This document shows positions 36,010 through 39,587 of a stretch of 39,587 bases of DNA, piece by piece. This DNA is from Gemmatimonadota bacterium. GTDB lineage: Bacteria; Gemmatimonadota; Gemmatimonadetes; Longimicrobiales; RSA9. The notes under the pieces were generated by a model that worked only from the letters and a program-made list of their open reading frames with translations, did not search any database and had not been told where the DNA came from. The DNA lies in NCBI GenBank assembly GCA_040905425.1, contig JBBDRO010000047.1, positions 1 through 39,587 of the forward strand, written 5' to 3'. The translations under genes were made by a program, and so were the position numbers. Each line of letters begins with the position of its first letter. The stretch's first letter is position 1.

Positions 36010-36023
36010 GATACGTCTGTATC
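36010..36023 (-). promoter_or_regulatory. Putative vapBC operator
   Basis: GATAC-GTCT-GTATC inverted repeat overlapping a minus-strand TATCTT -10-like box. Confidence 0.45.
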
Positions 36024-36143
36024 GGCAGAAGCGGAAGCCCCGCGGATCCTCGCGGCGACTCCGCCAACGTCAAGGGTACGTGCGATTCGCGCGGCGGGGG
36101 AGGCTGCGGGCGGGCGGTAGCGGGCGCCGTCGCGGTCTTCCAC

Positions 36144-36179
36144 TTGCCATCGGGACTGTGGTACTGTAAATTAGTACCA
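36144..36179 (+). promoter_or_regulatory. hicAB sigma70 promoter with operator palindrome (leaderless)
   Basis: TTGCCA (36144) -17 bp- TAAATT (36167); TGGTACT-N7-AGTACCA (36159-36179) ends on the A of the ATG. Confidence 0.72.
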
Positions 36180-36421
36180 TGGCGAAATACGAGCGCACCA
36201 AGGCGGCCATCCGACGATCAGATCCAGGACTCCATTGGTCCAACGTTGAGGCTTATCTCAAGGCACTCGGCGCCGAGGTCTACGAAGGGCCGGGCTCAAC
36301 CGTCACTTTTGTGTTGAAGGGGCGGAAATTCACTGCCGATCGTCCTCATCCGAGGCGCGAGTGTGGCCGCGGCCTGACCAAGCGCCTCCGATCGTTCTTG
36401 CGGGAAACGGGGCATTTGTAG
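36179..36421 (+). CDS. hicA: HicA toxin
   Basis: LHWSNVEAYLKALGAEVYEGPGSTVTF...RPHP pattern of E. coli-type HicA; upstream of hicB. Confidence 0.88.
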   Translation: MAKYERTKAAIRRSDPGLHWSNVEAYLKALGAEVYEGPGSTVTFVLKGRKFTADRPHPRRECGRGLTKRLRSFLRETGHL

Positions 36422-36497
36422 CGGCTCCTCGGTTAGCGGCAAGTATTCCAATAGAATCGAGAATAGCGCACAGCAAAAACGAAAGGTGTTACAAAAC

Positions 36498-36851
36498 ATG
36501 ATTGAATACAGGGGGTACACAGCGGTCGTAGACTTTGACCCAGACCTAAAGCTCTTTACAGGACATGTGGTTGATCTTAGGGACGAGATCTACTTCGAAG
36601 GGTCGTCGGTAGAGGAACTCGAATCGTCCATGCGTCGCGCCGTCGACCATTATCTCTCTGTGTGCGATAAGCGCAATGAAGAGCCTGAAAAGCCATTTTC
36701 GGGAAAGCTCAACCTAAGGTTGGGAACTCGATTGCACAGGGCTGCGGCAATCGCGGCGGCGACCGACGGCGAAAGCCTGAATTCATGGCTGGTGCATGTG
36801 ATTAGTCACGCAACGAAGCGACAATTGAAATCCCGAAAAGAGTCTGCCTAA
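36498..36851 (+). CDS. hicB: HicB antitoxin (GTG 36486 is an alternative start)
   Basis: YRGYTAVVDFD...FEGSSVEEL...AVDHYL...PEKPFSGKLNLR...LH...SLNSW. Confidence 0.92.
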   Translation: MIEYRGYTAVVDFDPDLKLFTGHVVDLRDEIYFEGSSVEELESSMRRAVDHYLSVCDKRNEEPEKPFSGKLNLRLGTRLHRAAAIAAATDGESLNSWLVHVISHATKRQLKSRKESA

Positions 36852-36974
36852 CAAGGGTGTGAAGCAGTCACGCGGAGTCGCGTCCGAAGTATCGGGTAGT
36901 CGCTCGCCACGCGGCTCGACCCGGGGATATTGGGAACAGGTGGGGCGTGCGGCTTACACCCAGGGAAGTTGCAC
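36846..36974 (+). mobile_element. Integron attC recombination site (solitary; no intI in the window)
   Basis: R'' GCCTAAC contains the hicB stop; left arm GGGTGT(G)AAGCAG(T)CACGC pairs with right arm GCGTGCGGCTTACACCC with two unpaired bases; R' GTTGCAC; 129 bp. Confidence 0.78.
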
Positions 36975-37062
36975 GATGCCGACCGCCATCCACGATCCGC
37001 GCCCGCGCTGCAACCACCGCAAGCGCCTGTTGCCGCTGCAGCATGGCGGTCGGCTTCGCATC

Positions 37063-37078
37063 ATAAGCGGCTTATATT
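37063..37078 (+). promoter_or_regulatory. Operator palindrome plus -10 box
   Basis: ATAAGC-G-GCTTAT (37063-37075) overlapping TATATT (37073-37078), 6 nt before TTG 37085. Confidence 0.55.
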
Positions 37079-37084
37079 CAAGCC

Positions 37085-37351
37085 TTGGACGACGCGATCC
37101 GGAGCTACCTGGCCAAGATCGGACAACGCGGTGGACGCAAGAGCCGCCGCGCGCTGGATACCGACACCGCACGCCGCATGGTGCAGGTGCGCGAAGCTCG
37201 CCGCGCGTACCGGAAATTCCACGCTCGGTGCTTCTGGTCCTACCGGCCTGATCTGGAGGTCGGCATGGAAGACGTGGAGTGGGTGGCCAGGACGTTGATG
37301 AAGCACGGTGACCGGGAGGCCTGGGAGGCAGGCATGCGGTTATGCCGCTAA
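37085..37351 (+). CDS. Small basic protein, putative antitoxin/regulator partner of the nucleotidyltransferase
   Basis: 88 aa; YLAKIGQRGGRKSRR basic N-terminus; its end overlaps the start of the next gene. Confidence 0.7.
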   Translation: MDDAIRSYLAKIGQRGGRKSRRALDTDTARRMVQVREARRAYRKFHARCFWSYRPDLEVGMEDVEWVARTLMKHGDREAWEAGMRLCR

Positions 37352-37841
37352 CCGAATTCTAGCGAGAACTGCTCGCGCTGCTGGCACCGGCCCGCACGCC
37401 GGACAGCTATCTGGCGGGAGGTGCCGCGCTCCACTTCGCGTGGACATCCTCTTCGTGATGGAGCGGATCCTCGAGCTCGGTTCGCTGGTGTGGGCCGCCG
37501 TGGCCAAGGACCCTGGGTTTACGCCGCTATCGCTGCTCGAACAACTGAAGCGGCGGGGGCGCTACCGCCCGGAGCAGACGCAGCGCCTCGACCTTGCTGA
37601 GCCTTTCGATCTGGTTCGCGCAAAGGAGTATTGGCTGAATAGCCTGGCCAATGCTGAGGCGTTCGTCGAGGCCATGCCGCCCGAGGAGGCCGGGTGCCTG
37701 TATTATGCGGCGGCGCGTGAACGCTTCGACGCTCCGCGCCCAGGTATCGAGCTGGCAGAGCAGGGGCTCGTGCCGCATTACGGCCGCCCGGGCGGAGTGC
37801 TGCCGCGCCCCGCGGATCAGCGGATTGGAGGCGAAGCATAG
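37342..37841 (+). pseudogene. Inactivated AbiEii-like nucleotidyltransferase toxin
   Basis: ATG 37342 reads MPLTEF*RELLALLAPARTPDSYLAGGAALHFA (TAG at 37360), then frameshifts at about 37440 into VDILFV...AKDPGFTP; the DxD core expected after the LAGG motif is missing. Confidence 0.75.
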
Positions 37842-37882
37842 CCCCGGGCACTCGCTGGTGGCTGGCGGCTGGCACCCTGGAC

Positions 37883-39040
37883 ATGGAGAGAGTGATGGAG
37901 GTGCGGAGCGACGGGAGCAGGCGCGGGGACGTCGCTTATAAGATGCTGATCGGGGCAGTAACGCTGCTGACCGCCACCAACTGCGGTTCCACGCCGTCCG
38001 ATTGGCTGCCCGAGTTCGAGGAGCCGGTGGCCAGCCTGACGGAGGTGCTCCGCATCGACGGCTACGCGGAGGAGCTGGTGCCCATCGGGGCCATGGCCGT
38101 GCGGGACGACGGCACCATCGCCTTCATCCAGCCGCAGGACGCCGAGGTCCGGGTCTTTACCGCCGACGGCGCGCCGTCGACCACCGTGGGGGGGGGGGGG
38201 GGGGGGCCGGGGGAACTCCGCTTCCCGACGCAGCTGGCCTGGGTGGCCGACACGCTGCGCGTCTTCGATGCGCGCACCCGACGCTTCACGTGGTTCTCCC
38301 CTGCGTTCGAGCTGCAACGCACGGAGCAGGCGCTGCCCGGGACGCTCGGCCGGACGCCGGACGGCGCCCTCGTGCTGCGCACGTCGGATGCGGCGGGCGC
38401 GCTTCATCTCACCCGCGTGGATCGTGACGGGGCGGACACGGCCCACGTGGTGCCCCTCCCAGCTGGCATCAACGGGGGGGCCGAAATCGGTGAGGATGTG
38501 TTCATCAGCCTGCCCTTTGCCAATCACGCCCGCTACGTCGTGGCGCCGGATGGTGAGCACATTGTGGTAGCCATGGCCCACGTCCTGGGTGATTCCGCGG
38601 GCACTTTCGACGTCACCCTGGCGGAGCTGGACGGGGACACCCTCTTCCACGAGCGCTACCGCTTCGCGGCGGTGCCCCTCACGGAAAAGGAGGCGCGCGC
38701 CCGGATCGAGGAGCGCATCGAGGGCGAGCGCATCCCGGCGGATTACCGCGCCATCGTCGAGGCGGGCTTCCGGCGGCAGACGGTGATCCCCGCCGTCTTC
38801 CCGCCCTTCCGATCGGTCCTGCTGGGCAACGACGGAACGGTGTGGATCGAGCACCACCCGCGCGACGGCCGGCGTCCGTACTATGTCATCGGCGGGGACG
38901 GCGAGCCGGTCGGGCGCCTCGACCTGCCGGAGGAGGCGGCCGGGGGCGCGGCCAGGCGGGACCGCATCTGGGCCACCGTGGCCGACAGCCTGGGCGTGCA
39001 GAGCGTGGTGGTCTACGACGTGGTGTGGGACAGCGGCTGA
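37883..39040 (+). CDS. Six-bladed beta-propeller exported protein/lipoprotein (start uncertain)
   Basis: LLTATNC, G-x-x-G-x-GPGEL, LAWVADTLRVFD, DGTVWIE and terminal DSLGVQSVVVY motifs. Confidence 0.82.
   Translation: MERVMEVRSDGSRRGDVAYKMLIGAVTLLTATNCGSTPSDWLPEFEEPVASLTEVLRIDGYAEELVPIGAMAVRDDGTIAFIQPQDAEVRVFTADGAPSTTVGGGGGGPGELRFPTQLAWVADTLRVFDARTRRFTWFSPAFELQRTEQALPGTLGRTPDGALVLRTSDAAGALHLTRVDRDGADTAHVVPLPAGINGGAEIGEDVFISLPFANHARYVVAPDGEHIVVAMAHVLGDSAGTFDVTLAELDGDTLFHERYRFAAVPLTEKEARARIEERIEGERIPADYRAIVEAGFRRQTVIPAVFPPFRSVLLGNDGTVWIEHHPRDGRRPYYVIGGDGEPVGRLDLPEEAAGGAARRDRIWATVADSLGVQSVVVYDVVWDSG
38188..38206 (+). repeat. G19 homopolymer tract inside a CDS
   Basis: GTG-(GGG)6-CCG; currently in frame. 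Confidence 0.9.
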
Positions 39041-39047
39041 GCCCGGA

Positions 39048-39254
39048 TCAGCGCCCCGCGGCCACGGCGTCCGAGGGCGCGCCCTGCAGGAACGCGTCGA
39101 TCGGGGCGGCGTTGCGCTCGGCGTCCTGCTTGCCCAGGCGGAGGAGGCTTTGCAGGTAGCGCGGCTGCAACATGAGCATGGAGAGCACGTCGGCGCTGCG
39201 CGTCTCCTGCGTGCCCAGGCCGCGCGCCATGAAGCGGAGGGCCCACGGCAGTGA
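39048..39254 (-). pseudogene. C-terminal fragment of a patatin-like phospholipase
   Basis: SLPWALRFMARGLGTQETRSADVLSMLMLQPRYLQSLLRLGKQDA resembles the C-terminus of bacterial patatin-like proteins; bounded upstream by an in-frame TAG at 39257-39255. Confidence 0.65.
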
Positions 39255-39587
39255 CTACAGGGGATTCCACGGTCGTCGAGCCCTAGCCGGTTGGGCTCTT
39301 CGTGCCGCGTGGGCCCGAGGTGGGGAAAGATCCGATTCGGGACATCTGCCAGAGGCCGGGATTGAAGCGTAAGCATCGGCGGCCACCATCTTTCGAAGAT
39401 GGTAGAGCTGATCGCTCCGGGGAGCGTGGACGAGCGCGAACAGAGATGTCTCGGGGCCGTGGCCCATGATACCATGGCCCCGCCCGCCCGCTGGCCCAAG
39501 CGTGGCCCATGCCCACGCCCACGACCGAGCGGCGCACCTGGTCCTCGCCCGCAGCTGCATTCCCGCCTCCGCCCCACGCCGCGCTAC

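Noticed and set aside
39255..39500. Group II intron 3' end or ZTP riboswitch (CCGGGGAGCG)
   Set aside because: The hairpin is too short for domain V, and the ZTP GACTGGCG and CGCCTGGG elements are absent.
1..39587. CRISPR array, rRNA/tRNA genes, transposases, phage genes
   Set aside because: No regularly spaced repeats or recognisable motifs were found by reading the sequence.

Overview
High-GC bacterial chromosomal window. The gene families present (barrel-less carboxypeptidase-regulatory/TonB-plug proteins, many six-bladed beta-propeller lipoproteins, an orphan duplicated ABC permease) suggest Gemmatimonadota; this is an inference. Core genes: a two-subunit NAD-linked Mo/W formate dehydrogenase, heme o synthase, a caa3-type cytochrome c oxidase operon, a cyclophilin, a GlpB-like flavoprotein plus 4Fe-4S protein, a metallophosphoesterase and a DmpA-type peptidase. 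Accessory content: (i) a lower-GC island encoding an ECF sigma factor, a secreted 8-Cys mini-protein, two beta-propeller lipoproteins and a membrane-anchored DsbA, which is the best candidate for an undescribed disulfide-peptide system; (ii) a translationally coupled array of six barrel-less plug-like secreted paralogs with conserved frameworks and variable loops, one of them decayed; (iii) five toxin-antitoxin modules, four with apparently leaderless promoters and all with candidate operators; (iv) a solitary integron attC site after hicB with no integrase in the window; (v) an ATPase-DUF234 gene with a symmetric four-site operator. Also present are several gene remnants, two perfect palindromes (22 and 28 bp) and an in-frame G19 tract.
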